Shown: positions 18,946 to 29,487, numbered from the stretch's first letter. The stretch is 64,000 nt of DNA from Promethearchaeia archaeon (GCA_029856155.1 JAHQWL010000096.1:1-64000); one strand, 5' to 3'. Notes: generated from the sequence alone by a model not told the origin. Numbers and translations: made by a program.

Positions 18946-20733
18946 ATGATTTCAAATAATATGAAAGAAAGTAAAAATACTTCATGGAAACCCGTAGAAG
19001 GTCAGTTAATGACTCGATGGGTAAGTAAGATAGATCCTGAAAACCCACTTCCTAAGTATCCAAGACCGCAACTTAGACGGAAAGAATGGTTAAATTTGAA
19101 TGGACTGTGGGATTATGCTATTCGCCCAAAAGAGCAAAATTATATTGATAGCTTTGAAGGGAAGATCCTTGTTCCCTATCCTATAGAGTCCGCGTTATCT
19201 GGAGTAAAAAGAAAATTAGACCCTAAGCAAAAATTGTGGTATCATCAAACATTTACCATACCTGATTTATGGAATCAAAAGAAAATACTCTTACATTTTG
19301 GTGCTGTTGATTGGGAAACTACTATTTGGATTAATAAAAAGTTAGTAGGCATTCATAAAGGAGGATATACACCTTTTAATTTTGAAATTTCAGATTATCT
19401 GAATACCTCAAAAGTAAATGAAATAATTATATCTGTTTGGGATCCTACAGATAAAGGTTATCAAGAACGGGGTAAACAATCTTTAAATCCAAAAATAATA
19501 TCCTATACTGCGGTGTCAGGTATTTGGCAGACAGTTTGGCTTGAGCCAGTCTCAGATACCTTTATTGAAAATTTGAAAATGGTTCCAAATATCGATAAGG
19601 AGAGTTTAAAACTTTTAGTGGAAGTCAAAGATCTACAACCGAATGATGTAATACTTATAAGAATTTTTGAGAAGAATAGTCAAATTATAGCTGATCATGA
19701 AATCGTAGAAAAGGAAGTTGAGATTTATATTAAATCCCCTAAACTTTGGAGTCCAGAATCTCCTTATCTATATGATATAATAGTCGAGATAAAAAGAAAT
19801 GATATAATATTAGATAAAGTAGAAAGTTATTTCGGGATGAGAAAAATTTCACTTAGTGAAGATAGTAATGGTATTAAACGTTTAGAATTAAATAATAAAG
19901 AGTTTTTCCAATATGGAACTCTCGATCAAGGATATTGGCCTGATGGACTATATACAGCACCAACTGATGAGGCACTTCGATATGATATTAAGATTACTAA
20001 AGAACTTGGTTTTAATTTTATTCGAAAACATGTTAAGGTAGAACCTGCTCGGTGGTACTATTATTGTGATACAATAGAAATTTTAGTTTGGCAAGATATG
20101 CCCAATGGAGGATTTACTAAAATTACAGGGATCCCAAATAATGTAAATGAATATAAAGAAACAAGGAAAGATCCTGATAAAAAAAACTATTTGAATGAGT
20201 TAGATTCAATGATAAAATCATTAATCAATTCACCTTCAATTGTTACATGGGTTCCATTTAATGAAGGATGGGGTCAGTTTGATACAAATGGCGTTTGTGA
20301 GAAAATAAAAAAACTTGATCCCTCTCGTTTAGTAGATGCTGCAAGTGGATGGTATGATGTAGGGGTTGGAGATATATGTGATCGACATAGCTATCCAAAT
20401 CCTATAATGCCACTAAAAGATAAAATTAATTCTCGTGCTGCTGTAGTTGGTGAATTTGGGGGTTTAGGTTTAGAAATTATAGATCATATGTGGAAGTTTC
20501 AAAATAAATTTGTTTACCGAAATTTCCAAGATAAAGATGAATTAATTGAAAAATATGAAAAGTTAATCTCAAAGCTTAAAAGATTAATTCTAAAGGGATT
20601 GAGTGCTGCAATTTATACTCAAATCACTGATGTTGAACAGGAGATTAATGGTTTACTTACTTATGATCGTGAAATAATAAAGATGGATAAAAAGAAGATA
20701 TGTGAATTAAACTTGAGTTTATACAAAATTTAG
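18946..20733 (+). CDS. Glycoside hydrolase family 2 (beta-galactosidase/glucuronidase-like)
   Basis: YPRPQL, LHFGAVDW, SGIWQTVWLE, LDQGYWPDG, FNEGWGQ, GEFGG, YTQITDVE. Confidence 0.93.
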   Translation: MISNNMKESKNTSWKPVEGQLMTRWVSKIDPENPLPKYPRPQLRRKEWLNLNGLWDYAIRPKEQNYIDSFEGKILVPYPIESALSGVKRKLDPKQKLWYHQTFTIPDLWNQKKILLHFGAVDWETTIWINKKLVGIHKGGYTPFNFEISDYLNTSKVNEIIISVWDPTDKGYQERGKQSLNPKIISYTAVSGIWQTVWLEPVSDTFIENLKMVPNIDKESLKLLVEVKDLQPNDVILIRIFEKNSQIIADHEIVEKEVEIYIKSPKLWSPESPYLYDIIVEIKRNDIILDKVESYFGMRKISLSEDSNGIKRLELNNKEFFQYGTLDQGYWPDGLYTAPTDEALRYDIKITKELGFNFIRKHVKVEPARWYYYCDTIEILVWQDMPNGGFTKITGIPNNVNEYKETRKDPDKKNYLNELDSMIKSLINSPSIVTWVPFNEGWGQFDTNGVCEKIKKLDPSRLVDAASGWYDVGVGDICDRHSYPNPIMPLKDKINSRAAVVGEFGGLGLEIIDHMWKFQNKFVYRNFQDKDELIEKYEKLISKLKRLILKGLSAAIYTQITDVEQEINGLLTYDREIIKMDKKKICELNLSLYKI

Positions 20734-21006
20734 TAATTTTTAAAAAAGGGAGGACGTAAATATCTAAATAACTTAAATTCCAATTGGAAATTTTTTATAA
20801 TTATTTCCTTAAATATAGTGCCAAAGGGCATCCTTTTTTATGAATTACTCTCTATATAACAGCTTTTGATGTTTTAAGAACTATTAATTAGAGAATTGGA
20901 TGATTATGAACTGTATTTGTTTTTTTAAAAAAAAAACAATAATATAGCAAGTAATCTTTTAATTCCCAATTTATTTTAACTTAATTGATAATAATAAAAC
21001 AATAAA

Positions 21007-21573
21007 ATGTCAGCTATTATTGAAAACTTAAGAGAAGCAATTAACGGAGAAAGCAATGCGAAACGAAAATATGAAATTTATGCTGAAAGAGCAAGAGAAG
21101 AAAATCTTCCGGAGATTGCTCATTTATTTAAGGCTATATCAACTGCAGAAGCAATTCATATTAAAAATCATATTAGAGCACTTGAAGTGATAACTAATTC
21201 AAAGGTTAATGTAGAAGATTTCGTTGAGATTAATGAAGTTGTATTAGAGAATAATTCAAAAGATACTAAGTTAAATCTAATTGATGCTATAAATGGCGAA
21301 ACTTATGAAACGAAACATATGTACAAAAATTTTATAAAGAGTTCAAAAAAAGAGGGAAATGAAGTAGCAGAGTTATCTTTTTCATTAGCAAGAAAAGCAG
21401 AAAAAGTTCATGCAAAAATATTCAGTGATTACTTAAAAAAACTAGAAAAACATGAAATTATAGATACACAAAAAATTTTTGTATGTCAGATTTGTGGAAA
21501 TGTAGAATTCGGCATTCCTCCATCAGTATGTCCTATATGCGATCATACTGAGAAATTCTTTAAAGAAATTTAA
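21007..21573 (+). CDS. rbr: Rubrerythrin
   Basis: GES.A..KY, AEAIH, GETYE, AEKVH diiron ligands; C-terminal CQICG...CPIC rubredoxin domain. Confidence 0.93.
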   Translation: MSAIIENLREAINGESNAKRKYEIYAERAREENLPEIAHLFKAISTAEAIHIKNHIRALEVITNSKVNVEDFVEINEVVLENNSKDTKLNLIDAINGETYETKHMYKNFIKSSKKEGNEVAELSFSLARKAEKVHAKIFSDYLKKLEKHEIIDTQKIFVCQICGNVEFGIPPSVCPICDHTEKFFKEI

Positions 21574-21588
21574 GAAGTATTTTTCTTT

Positions 21589-22299
21589 TTAAACGGTAGT
21601 AATTAATTGTTCAAGCATAGTACCAATACCATATGATGCGATAAACGCGACAATCCCAATTATTATCATTTCTAATCCACTTTTTAGTGTACTTTCCCCT
21701 GTGATTTTAGTTTTTAAAGCACCAGCAATAAATAACATTGAGAAAGAGACTACTGAAGATATTATTAATGAAATAAAGCCTATATCAAAAAAGTAGGCAA
21801 ATAGAGTTAAAAACGATCCAGAAACAAATGATAGAAATGTAAATATAGCTCCTAATATAGGATTTTCTGGTTCCTCTAATCCTAACTCACTCTTTGTTAG
21901 AAAATCAAGCCAAACTTGTTTATTTGAAGTAATAGTGTGGACACACGAATTCAGCGTGTCGCCATCAAGTCCCATTTTTTCGAAAATCTCCCTAACCTCT
22001 TCTTTTTCTTCCTCGGGAAAAAGTTCAATTTCTGCTCTTTCCTTTTTTAATTCATTTTTGATATAATTATATTCAGATTTACTCGAAATATATTCTCCAA
22101 GTCCCATACTAATTGCCCCTGAAACCATAGCAGCAAATCCTGTCAATATAACTATAGAGTTACTACCTGTGGATGCGATTGTAGCTGCTGCAACTCCAAC
22201 TAATAGTGTAAAAGTTGAAATCAATCCATCATTTAATCCTAAGAGTATACTACGGATCTTTCCTCCGCCAACAATATGCTCCTCTTGCCTAGAACTCAA
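21589..22299 (-). CDS. VIT1/CCC1 family Fe/Mn transporter
   Basis: LGLNDGL, GAISMGLGEYIS, ELGL; SD GGTGA 6 nt before TTG. Confidence 0.93.
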   Translation of the reverse strand: MSSRQEEHIVGGGKIRSILLGLNDGLISTFTLLVGVAAATIASTGSNSIVILTGFAAMVSGAISMGLGEYISSKSEYNYIKNELKKERAEIELFPEEEKEEVREIFEKMGLDGDTLNSCVHTITSNKQVWLDFLTKSELGLEEPENPILGAIFTFLSFVSGSFLTLFAYFFDIGFISLIISSVVSFSMLFIAGALKTKITGESTLKSGLEMIIIGIVAFIASYGIGTMLEQLITTV

Positions 22300-22331
22300 T
22301 TTAAATCACCAAAAGTATTATATTTTTAATC

Positions 22332-22353
22332 TCATTTCAAGATCCTGAAATGA
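22332..22353. promoter_or_regulatory. 22-bp near-perfect palindrome, operator candidate
   Basis: TCATTTCA-AGATCC-TGAAATGA between the divergent VIT1 and radical SAM genes. Confidence 0.55.
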
Positions 22354-22441
22354 AAATATAGTAGTAATTATAATAAGATATAAAAAAAATTGATATTTGA
22401 AAAGAATTACTTAAATTATATAAATTTGAAAATAAATTAGA

Positions 22442-23509
22442 ATGACTTTTATGACGGAAAGAATTACGAATAAAGATATTAAACAGCAAAAAAGTAAATT
22501 ATTTGCCAAATTAGCAATCGCGGCAAAGCAAGCAAAAGACAGTGGAGGGAAACCATTTGTTTTCCATTTTCTTACGACATTACGATGTAACTGTAACTGT
22601 GACTCTTGTTTTTGGAAAGATAATTCAGTTAAAAATGAATTGACCTTAGAAGAAATTAAGCGTATATATTTGGAAGCTAAGAAAGAAGGTTTTTTTATCT
22701 CTATTCTTTGGGGAGGTGAACCTACCCTTCGTAAAGACATTACCGATATTATAAAATTTGCTAAACATGAAGCCAAATTTGCGTTTATAGGAATGGTCAC
22801 GAATGGATTTCTCATACCAAAACGTATCTCTGAATTTGGGGATGATATTGACCTTATTCTTCTGTCTCTAGATTCTCCTGTACGAGAAGAACATGATAAA
22901 ATTAGGTCATTGCCTGGATTATACGATAATATAATGAAATCGGTTGAAATAATTAAAAGGGATTATCCTCTCATTTCTTTACAATTTAGTTTTTCTATTA
23001 GTAAATTTAATATTCATCGTGTTGATGAAATGATTGCTCTCGGTGATAAACTAGAGATTCCCATAGCATTTAATGTAATAAATACCATACGCCACTATTC
23101 ATATGGTGATATGGATGAAAAAGGAGATCTTTCTGCAACGGACCAGGAAATAAGCGATGCTTTTTCAAGAATTTTAGAAGCAAAAAGGAATAACTCTCAT
23201 ATATTAAACTCAGAAATGTACTTGAAACATTTCATCGGAGGAAAGAAAACTTATCGATGCCATGCAAGGAAAGTCTTCATGTTTGTTAATTCTAATGGTG
23301 ATATCGAAGATTGTCTTCGATTAGATAGACCAATCGCAAATTTACGAGAAACTTCTGTTAAAGAAGTCATGAATTTAACACGATTTCAACAATATTTAAA
23401 AGAAGCAGAAAACTGCGACAGTTGTAATTCTCCTACTATGATAGATACTAGTTATGCTTGGGAAGATTGGAGCTTAATAACAAAATCAGGTGGAATTTCC
23501 TTTGGATAA
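22442..23509 (+). CDS. Radical SAM protein with Twitch/SPASM-like C-terminus
   Basis: CNCNCDSC (CxxxCxxC), GGEPTLR, TNG, SLD; C-terminal CHA...GDIEDC...CDSC. Confidence 0.9.
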   Translation: MTFMTERITNKDIKQQKSKLFAKLAIAAKQAKDSGGKPFVFHFLTTLRCNCNCDSCFWKDNSVKNELTLEEIKRIYLEAKKEGFFISILWGGEPTLRKDITDIIKFAKHEAKFAFIGMVTNGFLIPKRISEFGDDIDLILLSLDSPVREEHDKIRSLPGLYDNIMKSVEIIKRDYPLISLQFSFSISKFNIHRVDEMIALGDKLEIPIAFNVINTIRHYSYGDMDEKGDLSATDQEISDAFSRILEAKRNNSHILNSEMYLKHFIGGKKTYRCHARKVFMFVNSNGDIEDCLRLDRPIANLRETSVKEVMNLTRFQQYLKEAENCDSCNSPTMIDTSYAWEDWSLITKSGGISFG

Positions 23510-23598
23510 TAGTGTAAGCAGATTGAATAAAATAATAAGAAATAAATAAAATAGACAAAATATAATATTAGAATAAAGAATCAACTCTGGTTTTTAAA

Positions 23599-24690
23599 TT
23601 GAGTAGTATAGGTTTAGAAGAAATCAAGAAATTGCTAAAAGAATATCCTTTAATAAAGGATCGTGATATTATATCCAAAATTATAAATGGAGAGAAACTT
23701 TCTGAGTTTGAATTGACGCGAGCTTTTCAAATGTCACTTCCTCTATTCACTTTAATGGTATTGAACAAAAGATTTGAAAAGAATAAACAAATTATTGAGG
23801 ATAAGTGGTCAAGTACTAAATTTAACAAATTAGATGGTATGGGCACAGTTAAAAATTTGGAGATTATTCCTCTTATTGATTATCATGCTGAAAATAATCT
23901 CTTCACTGAAAATGGAGTTTCTTATTATATTAAAGCTGATGATATTGGTATTTTATATGATACAGGTTTAAATCCTAATAGAAAGCATCCATCTCCCCTT
24001 CTAAAGAATATGGAGGCTTTAGGTATCACTATAGATGACTTTAAATATATTTTCATTTCACACTTGCATGGTGATCATGTGGGAGGTTTAAAATGGGCTC
24101 AGAAAAATACATTTTCACTGTCAGAAACCCAACTTAACCTAAGTCATGTGAAAGCGTTTACTCCTGTTCCCATGACTCATCCTACTGCCACATTAAGCCA
24201 AGTAAAAGGTCCAGAGGTTATAGCAGATGGCATAGCTTCTATCGGTCCTATACATAATCCTTTGTTTTTTTTTAGAGATATTTACGAACAGGCCATGGCT
24301 ATCAATGTTGAAGGAAAAGGGATTGTAATTATTGTCGGTTGTGGACATCAAGGAATTAAAAAGATAATAGATCGTGTTGAAGCGTTGTTTGATACTCGGA
24401 TTTATGGAGTTATAGGAGGACTACATTTACCTATCCCAGAATTTCCCGGTAATGAAGATAATTGGTCAGGATTGCCTATACATAAATTTATCATGACAAA
24501 AAGACCACCATGGGAACCATGGGATAAAAAAGATCGAGATTTCGCTTTAGATTACCTAAAGGCTAGAAATCCTAAGTTAGTGGCACTTTCACCTCATGAT
24601 AGCAGCATAGAGAGCATTAATATTTTTAAAGAGACGTTTAAAGAGGCTTATTTTGATTTAAAAGTTGGTAAAGTTATCAAATTACCATAA
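23599..24690 (+). CDS. MBL-fold hydrolase (MJ0301/pterin-biosynthesis-associated-like family)
   Basis: ENGVSYYI, LYDTG, SHLHGDHVGGL, GCGH.GI, GGLHL. Confidence 0.82.
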   Translation: MSSIGLEEIKKLLKEYPLIKDRDIISKIINGEKLSEFELTRAFQMSLPLFTLMVLNKRFEKNKQIIEDKWSSTKFNKLDGMGTVKNLEIIPLIDYHAENNLFTENGVSYYIKADDIGILYDTGLNPNRKHPSPLLKNMEALGITIDDFKYIFISHLHGDHVGGLKWAQKNTFSLSETQLNLSHVKAFTPVPMTHPTATLSQVKGPEVIADGIASIGPIHNPLFFFRDIYEQAMAINVEGKGIVIIVGCGHQGIKKIIDRVEALFDTRIYGVIGGLHLPIPEFPGNEDNWSGLPIHKFIMTKRPPWEPWDKKDRDFALDYLKARNPKLVALSPHDSSIESINIFKETFKEAYFDLKVGKVIKLP

Positions 24691-24715
24691 TAAAAAAAAT
24701 AAAAAGAAATTAAAT

Positions 24716-25648
24716 TTAAGCTTGAATTACTTCCATCAATTTAGGAAATATTCGGGGATAATGAACAGCCATACAATGTACGCCAGCTAATAAGCCCTTT
24801 TTCTTTAGTTCGGAAATAAAGGGCTTGAAAAACTCATAGTTTGCTTGATCATACAATCTTTTCTGTTCCTTTTTATCATCCTTAAATTCTGTTTTAATAT
24901 TTTTCCATTTAGCCAAAATATCTTTAGGAACATCAACTCCAGGAACAAATGTATCAAAACCCTTGGCAATACCATAGCTCTTCATTGGAAAAATTCCAAG
25001 TAAAACTGGAACGTTATACCTTTTGATCTCACTTAAAAATTCAATGGTTCGATCCAAATCATATACAACTTGAGTCTGTATAAATTCACATCCAGCCTCG
25101 GCTTTCCTTCCAATTTTTAAAATTTCAGCCTCCATAGGATCGGAATTTGGATTTGCAGCCGCACCAACATGAAAAGTTGGAGCATGTTCAATTTCATGGC
25201 CATTTATGGAACCTTTATCAACCATCTCTCGTATTAATTTAACTAAAGTTGCAGAATCAAGATCAAATACAGGTTTAGATTCTGGCATATCTCCAAGGGC
25301 AGGATGATCACCAGTAAGAGATAACACATTTCTCAAACCCAATGCATGAGCTCCCATAATCATTCCAGCTATGCCTAATTTATTCACATCTCTTACTGTA
25401 AGTTGCCAAATCACTTCCAATCCAGCTTCTTTTTGGATAATATGAGAAGCAGCCATACTATTAATTGTTACTATCCCTAAAGGACTATCAGTGACATTGG
25501 CAGCAACTACGTAGGGAGCCATTTCTTTGGCTTCTTGAATAGTATGGGAGAGATCACACGTTTTTTCGGGCTCTAACTCACCAGTTAGTATAAAATCCCC
25601 ATTTGTTAACTTTTCACCTAATTTAGAATAAACTTTTTTTTCTGCCAT
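24716..25648 (-). CDS. metF: Methylenetetrahydrofolate reductase MetF (copy 1)
   Basis: GELEP, NVTD, QLTVRD.N, LTGDH, FDLDS, FIQTQ, GVHCMA. Confidence 0.92.
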   Translation of the reverse strand: MAEKKVYSKLGEKLTNGDFILTGELEPEKTCDLSHTIQEAKEMAPYVVAANVTDSPLGIVTINSMAASHIIQKEAGLEVIWQLTVRDVNKLGIAGMIMGAHALGLRNVLSLTGDHPALGDMPESKPVFDLDSATLVKLIREMVDKGSINGHEIEHAPTFHVGAAANPNSDPMEAEILKIGRKAEAGCEFIQTQVVYDLDRTIEFLSEIKRYNVPVLLGIFPMKSYGIAKGFDTFVPGVDVPKDILAKWKNIKTEFKDDKKEQKRLYDQANYEFFKPFISELKKKGLLAGVHCMAVHYPRIFPKLMEVIQA

Positions 25649-25655
25649 TTTAACT

Positions 25656-26327
25656 CTACCTCCATACTACTTCTCGTTGATGACCAGATTCGCTCCAATC
25701 CACTGGATCTCTCAATTTGGAGAATAAATCTAATCTCCCTATTTCTTTCAATCGATTATAAATTAAAACCCAGCCACAATCTTTCTCGTAATTGCCAACT
25801 TCACATTTACCATTAACCATTCCACCGCATGGCCCATTCATAAGCGATTTAGCACATGTGGTTATGGGACAAATACCTCCTGTTTCATTTAATAGACAAT
25901 CACCACACCCTCGACATCGCATATAAAATCTGCCAATTCTCTCCGTCATCCCCATAAATTCTGTATTATTTGTAACAAACACTCTCTTTTCTGGATATTT
26001 TTTAGATAGCACCTGAATTATTGATTGAACCCCAAGTCCGCAACTTAAAGTGACAATAGAATCAGCTTCTTGAACATCAGCATCATTTTTACGTACAACT
26101 TTAGCCATTTCCCTATTATCACAGACATCATCTACAACCATGCCATTAACTATTTCATATCCTTCTTTCTCTAAGATTTCTTTCCATTCCTCTAAACCTT
26201 TTTCACCACCTGTTTGACATAATGCTGAACAAACCCCACAACTTACAAGAAACAATTTTTTAGCATTATTATCTTTCAGAACATTAAGGACTTCCTCTAC
26301 CGGCTTTTTAGTAGTTATAACAACCAT
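25656..26327 (-). CDS. metV: MetV, Fe-S/Zn subunit of MTHFR (copy 1)
   Basis: CG.C..LCQTGG, SCGLGVQ, CRGCGDC.L..TGGICP.T.C.KSLMNGPCGG...CEV...C.W. Confidence 0.9.
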   Translation of the reverse strand: MVVITTKKPVEEVLNVLKDNNAKKLFLVSCGVCSALCQTGGEKGLEEWKEILEKEGYEIVNGMVVDDVCDNREMAKVVRKNDADVQEADSIVTLSCGLGVQSIIQVLSKKYPEKRVFVTNNTEFMGMTERIGRFYMRCRGCGDCLLNETGGICPITTCAKSLMNGPCGGMVNGKCEVGNYEKDCGWVLIYNRLKEIGRLDLFSKLRDPVDWSESGHQREVVWR

Positions 26328-26552
26328 TTTTTTCACAAATTTTTTTTTTTTTAAAAGGTATTTTTTAATCTTAAGTAGTGAAATTAATCAAGATATTTAT
26401 TATTTTGAGTTATGAAATGTAACGTTTCGAAAAGAAAAATATTAAAAATAAAAATTTATATGATAAAAAAGAAACTATTATACCTAAAAGAGTTAAATTT
26501 TAGACCCCTTTCACGTTCACAGTCCAATTAATAAAGAGTATAATCAAAGGTC

Positions 26553-27527
26553 ATGATATTCAATTCTTTACCACCAGAAGGATATCCCGAAGGATATCAC
26601 TTAGGACCATCTCTAGTTCTTTGGTTAATATTAATAGCCCTACAAATGTTCTATGGCACATTTTTACTACTTCAAGCATACAAATCACATTTGATCAATG
26701 AAAAAGAAATTTATAGGGGAACTGGCTTTCTTTGTGTTGGAGGAGGATTCCTTTTTTTATTAATGCAGATTGGAGTTTTTATGCCTGAGGATTATTTCTT
26801 ATACTATTTTGGCGGATGCATTGTTTTATTAGCTTTAGACACATTTTATTTCTATTATTGGGAAAAAAATTTAGTCAATTTGAAGAAAATACCCACATTA
26901 ATCATTTTAATTAATTTTTCAATATACATTATCACTTTTCTTATAATATTATTGTTTAGGGTCTCGCCAATTGTATTTATTTCTTTAATAGAGATGTTAA
27001 CTATATTTTCAGGTTTATTAGCTAATTGTTTCATAATTATTTTTGTATTCTTATTTACGAGAAGGGTAAAAGGAACACTTAGAAAAAAAGGTATATTGTT
27101 AATCATTGGAAGTAGTAGCTTTTTCTTAGGTCAATTTATCGACCATCCACCAGGGATGTTCTTATTTCCCAGCTTATTTATTCTTTTAAGCCCACTGGTT
27201 TTTATGATTAGTTTTAGCTTTATTTTTTTTGGTATCAAAGGGATCGCAGATAACGTGTCTTCGTACTATAACCAAGTACACATTTGCCTTGTTCACCGTG
27301 GAAAAATAACGGCGGAAAGATCCATCTATTATTGCCCTAAATGTTCCACGATTTACTGTCAAGATTGTTACGAGCAAGTTGTCAGGCATGATGGCTGCTG
27401 GAATTGCGGAGAACGTGGAAAGGACATGTCAAAAGTTAAATCAGAGGAACGATTAAAAGACGAAGAAATAATAGTGAAAGATGGAAGCAAAGAAACCCCT
27501 AAAAAGATTAATAATCACAAATTATAA
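26553..27527 (+). CDS. Polytopic (about 7 TM) membrane protein with C-terminal Cys/His zinc finger
   Basis: Hydrophobic N-terminal 230 aa, then CLVH...YYCPKCSTIYCQDC...CWNC. Confidence 0.8.
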   Translation: MIFNSLPPEGYPEGYHLGPSLVLWLILIALQMFYGTFLLLQAYKSHLINEKEIYRGTGFLCVGGGFLFLLMQIGVFMPEDYFLYYFGGCIVLLALDTFYFYYWEKNLVNLKKIPTLIILINFSIYIITFLIILLFRVSPIVFISLIEMLTIFSGLLANCFIIIFVFLFTRRVKGTLRKKGILLIIGSSSFFLGQFIDHPPGMFLFPSLFILLSPLVFMISFSFIFFGIKGIADNVSSYYNQVHICLVHRGKITAERSIYYCPKCSTIYCQDCYEQVVRHDGCWNCGERGKDMSKVKSEERLKDEEIIVKDGSKETPKKINNHKL

Positions 27528-27559
27528 TGCATAAAGCTTAAAAAAATAAAATATTGAAT

Positions 27560-28030
27560 TCATAATGGAAAGACTTCACTTGGAAATGAATAATAGTCTT
27601 GGCCATTCTTTTGAACTAACTGAATTTGCTGATCTGCAATCAATTCTGATAGAATCAATTCATATTTTTTCTTTATATACCTTTTAAAAGAAGAGGGATT
27701 TATTTTTTCATTTACATTCTTTAGTAGCGCATTAGCAGTATACGAATTCTTAGCATTTGTCTTTAAAAAATTAAAGATCTCTTTCTTAGAAGTTGTGTAA
27801 TAATCTTCGGTTTTTTTCTTGAAAGAAATTTTTCCTTTAATAAAGAGATAAACTAACAAAGAAATCACAAATGTCAAAATGTATGATAAAATTTGATATA
27901 ATAAATCATTATAAATTATCCCTATCATGATAAAAATGAAGTCTATTATACTAAGAGTAATAGAAAATAATGCAAACCCTAAATCCCACTCAGTATATTC
28001 TCTTCTAATTCGAGTCAACTCACCGGAAAT
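27560..28030 (-). CDS. Membrane protein (2 TM) with possible C-terminal wHTH; probable ATT start
   Basis: Two hydrophobic helices followed by IFNFL...SYTANAL...ILSELI; SD GGTGA 6 nt before ATT 28030. Confidence 0.7.
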   Translation of the reverse strand: MSGELTRIRREYTEWDLGFALFSITLSIIDFIFIMIGIIYNDLLYQILSYILTFVISLLVYLFIKGKISFKKKTEDYYTTSKKEIFNFLKTNAKNSYTANALLKNVNEKINPSSFKRYIKKKYELILSELIADQQIQLVQKNGQDYYSFPSEVFPL

Positions 28031-28346
28031 TTATCATCACCTTTAATGATTAGAAATGTTAAATAATTTGAATTTATTGTTATAATCTTTCCTTTCATGG
28101 TAAAAGTAAAATTTTGAGTATATAAATATTTACATGGAATAAAGAAATTACTCAGATAATCGGGAGACTTTGAAAAATTATACGCAATCTCTAAGGAATA
28201 AAAATAATAGGAATCTAGAAGAATTTTTGTATGTTTGAAATATTTAATGACTTTTATGTCGAAATGTCCATATTGTAATAATGAATATTAATAGGGAAAA
28301 TTAAGAATCTAATTCATAAAATAAGCTGAAATAAAATTTGAAAAAT

Positions 28347-28391
28347 TTATAAAGGAAACACTTTCTCGGCTTCTTTCTCATCAAATTTTAA
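28347..28391 (-). pseudogene. 3' remnant of the 89-aa gene family (LKFDEKEAEKVFPL*)
   Basis: Matches the C-terminus LEFDEKEAEQVFPL* of 29488..29757 at both DNA and protein level. Confidence 0.85.
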
Positions 28392-28407
28392 TCTCAACTA
28401 AAGCTTC

Positions 28408-29325
28408 TTACATTATTTCTCTGTTAAAGATCTCAAGTGAATCCTGTAGGTCAGGACTTTCTACTACTATAACCATTTTTTTAACACCCAAATTTTCAAC
28501 TTTCTGTATTTTTTCTTTAATATCCTCAGAAGTACCCATAAATAGGTATTTCATGTGGGATTCTAAGATTTCTCTTTCTCTTCTTAGACTTTCAAGACTT
28601 TCCTGACTGTCTACTATTGTAACATTAGAGAAAAGAGAGATCTCGAACTCCGAAGGATCACGGTTGTACTTCTTTAGTTTTTCTTTAATTGTAGAAATAC
28701 TATCTCTCAATACTTCTTGTTGTTGTACATCTAAATAGGGTAAGTTTATTCCATCTGCTTCTCTACAAGCAATATCAATCATTCTCTTTCCATTTGTTCC
28801 TATTACGATCTGCGGGTACGGTTTCTGAATGGATTTAGGAAAATTCCTATGTCTTTCCAGTTTCCAAAAATTACCCACAAAGTTAGTTTCATCTTCAGTA
28901 AATATCTTCTTATAGATGGTCAGTGATTCCTCTATCTCATCAACTCTTCTCTTTGGTGTGTGAAATGGGTAACCATACGCCATATATTCTTCAGCATACC
29001 ATCCTGCCCCTAACCATAATAAAACTCGCCCATTAGAAATATGATCTAAAGTCAGTATAACTTTAGCTAAATAAGCTGGATTACGAAAGGAGTTACACAA
29101 CACAATATGACCTAATTTGATTTTGTTAGTTTGCGTTGCTAAAGCTGCTAATAGTGTATTAGCCTCTAGAAAGGTTTCTTTTTTTTCTTGAGTGTCATCA
29201 AAACCTAATAAATGATCAGTAACATGAACAGATTCAAACTCTAATCCTTCAAGTCTCACCGTTAGATCCCTAATTTCAGGATAGGTACGATATGAAGGAT
29301 TTCTTACACAATACCCAAATCTCAT
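28408..29325 (-). CDS. LLM-class (luciferase-like) flavin/F420-dependent oxidoreductase
   Basis: VTDHL, LAALATQT..IKLG..V.CNSFRNPAYLAK...TLDHISNGR..L.LGAGW...EY. Confidence 0.92.
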   Translation of the reverse strand: MRFGYCVRNPSYRTYPEIRDLTVRLEGLEFESVHVTDHLLGFDDTQEKKETFLEANTLLAALATQTNKIKLGHIVLCNSFRNPAYLAKVILTLDHISNGRVLLWLGAGWYAEEYMAYGYPFHTPKRRVDEIEESLTIYKKIFTEDETNFVGNFWKLERHRNFPKSIQKPYPQIVIGTNGKRMIDIACREADGINLPYLDVQQQEVLRDSISTIKEKLKKYNRDPSEFEISLFSNVTIVDSQESLESLRREREILESHMKYLFMGTSEDIKEKIQKVENLGVKKMVIVVESPDLQDSLEIFNREIM

Positions 29326-29487
29326 AGGCTTAAAAAAAACCTAAAAATATTAAATCTTATTATTTTCGTCAAAACACGCAAATATAAACCCATTAGGCTG
29401 AAGTATTATATTTCAAATGATCTGTGAGATCATACAGTGAAAAATTATAGAGAATGCAAAAAACACTAAAAATAAAAGTTAGAAAGA

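Noticed and set aside
26340-26352. T13 homopolymer upstream of metV as a phase-variation tract
   Set aside because: It is non-coding, and long A/T runs are common in this AT-rich sequence
28140-28200. Possible third remnant of the 113-aa gene (GGGAGACTT shared with 34122; reads RETL)
   Set aside because: Only about 9 nt match, too short to separate from chance
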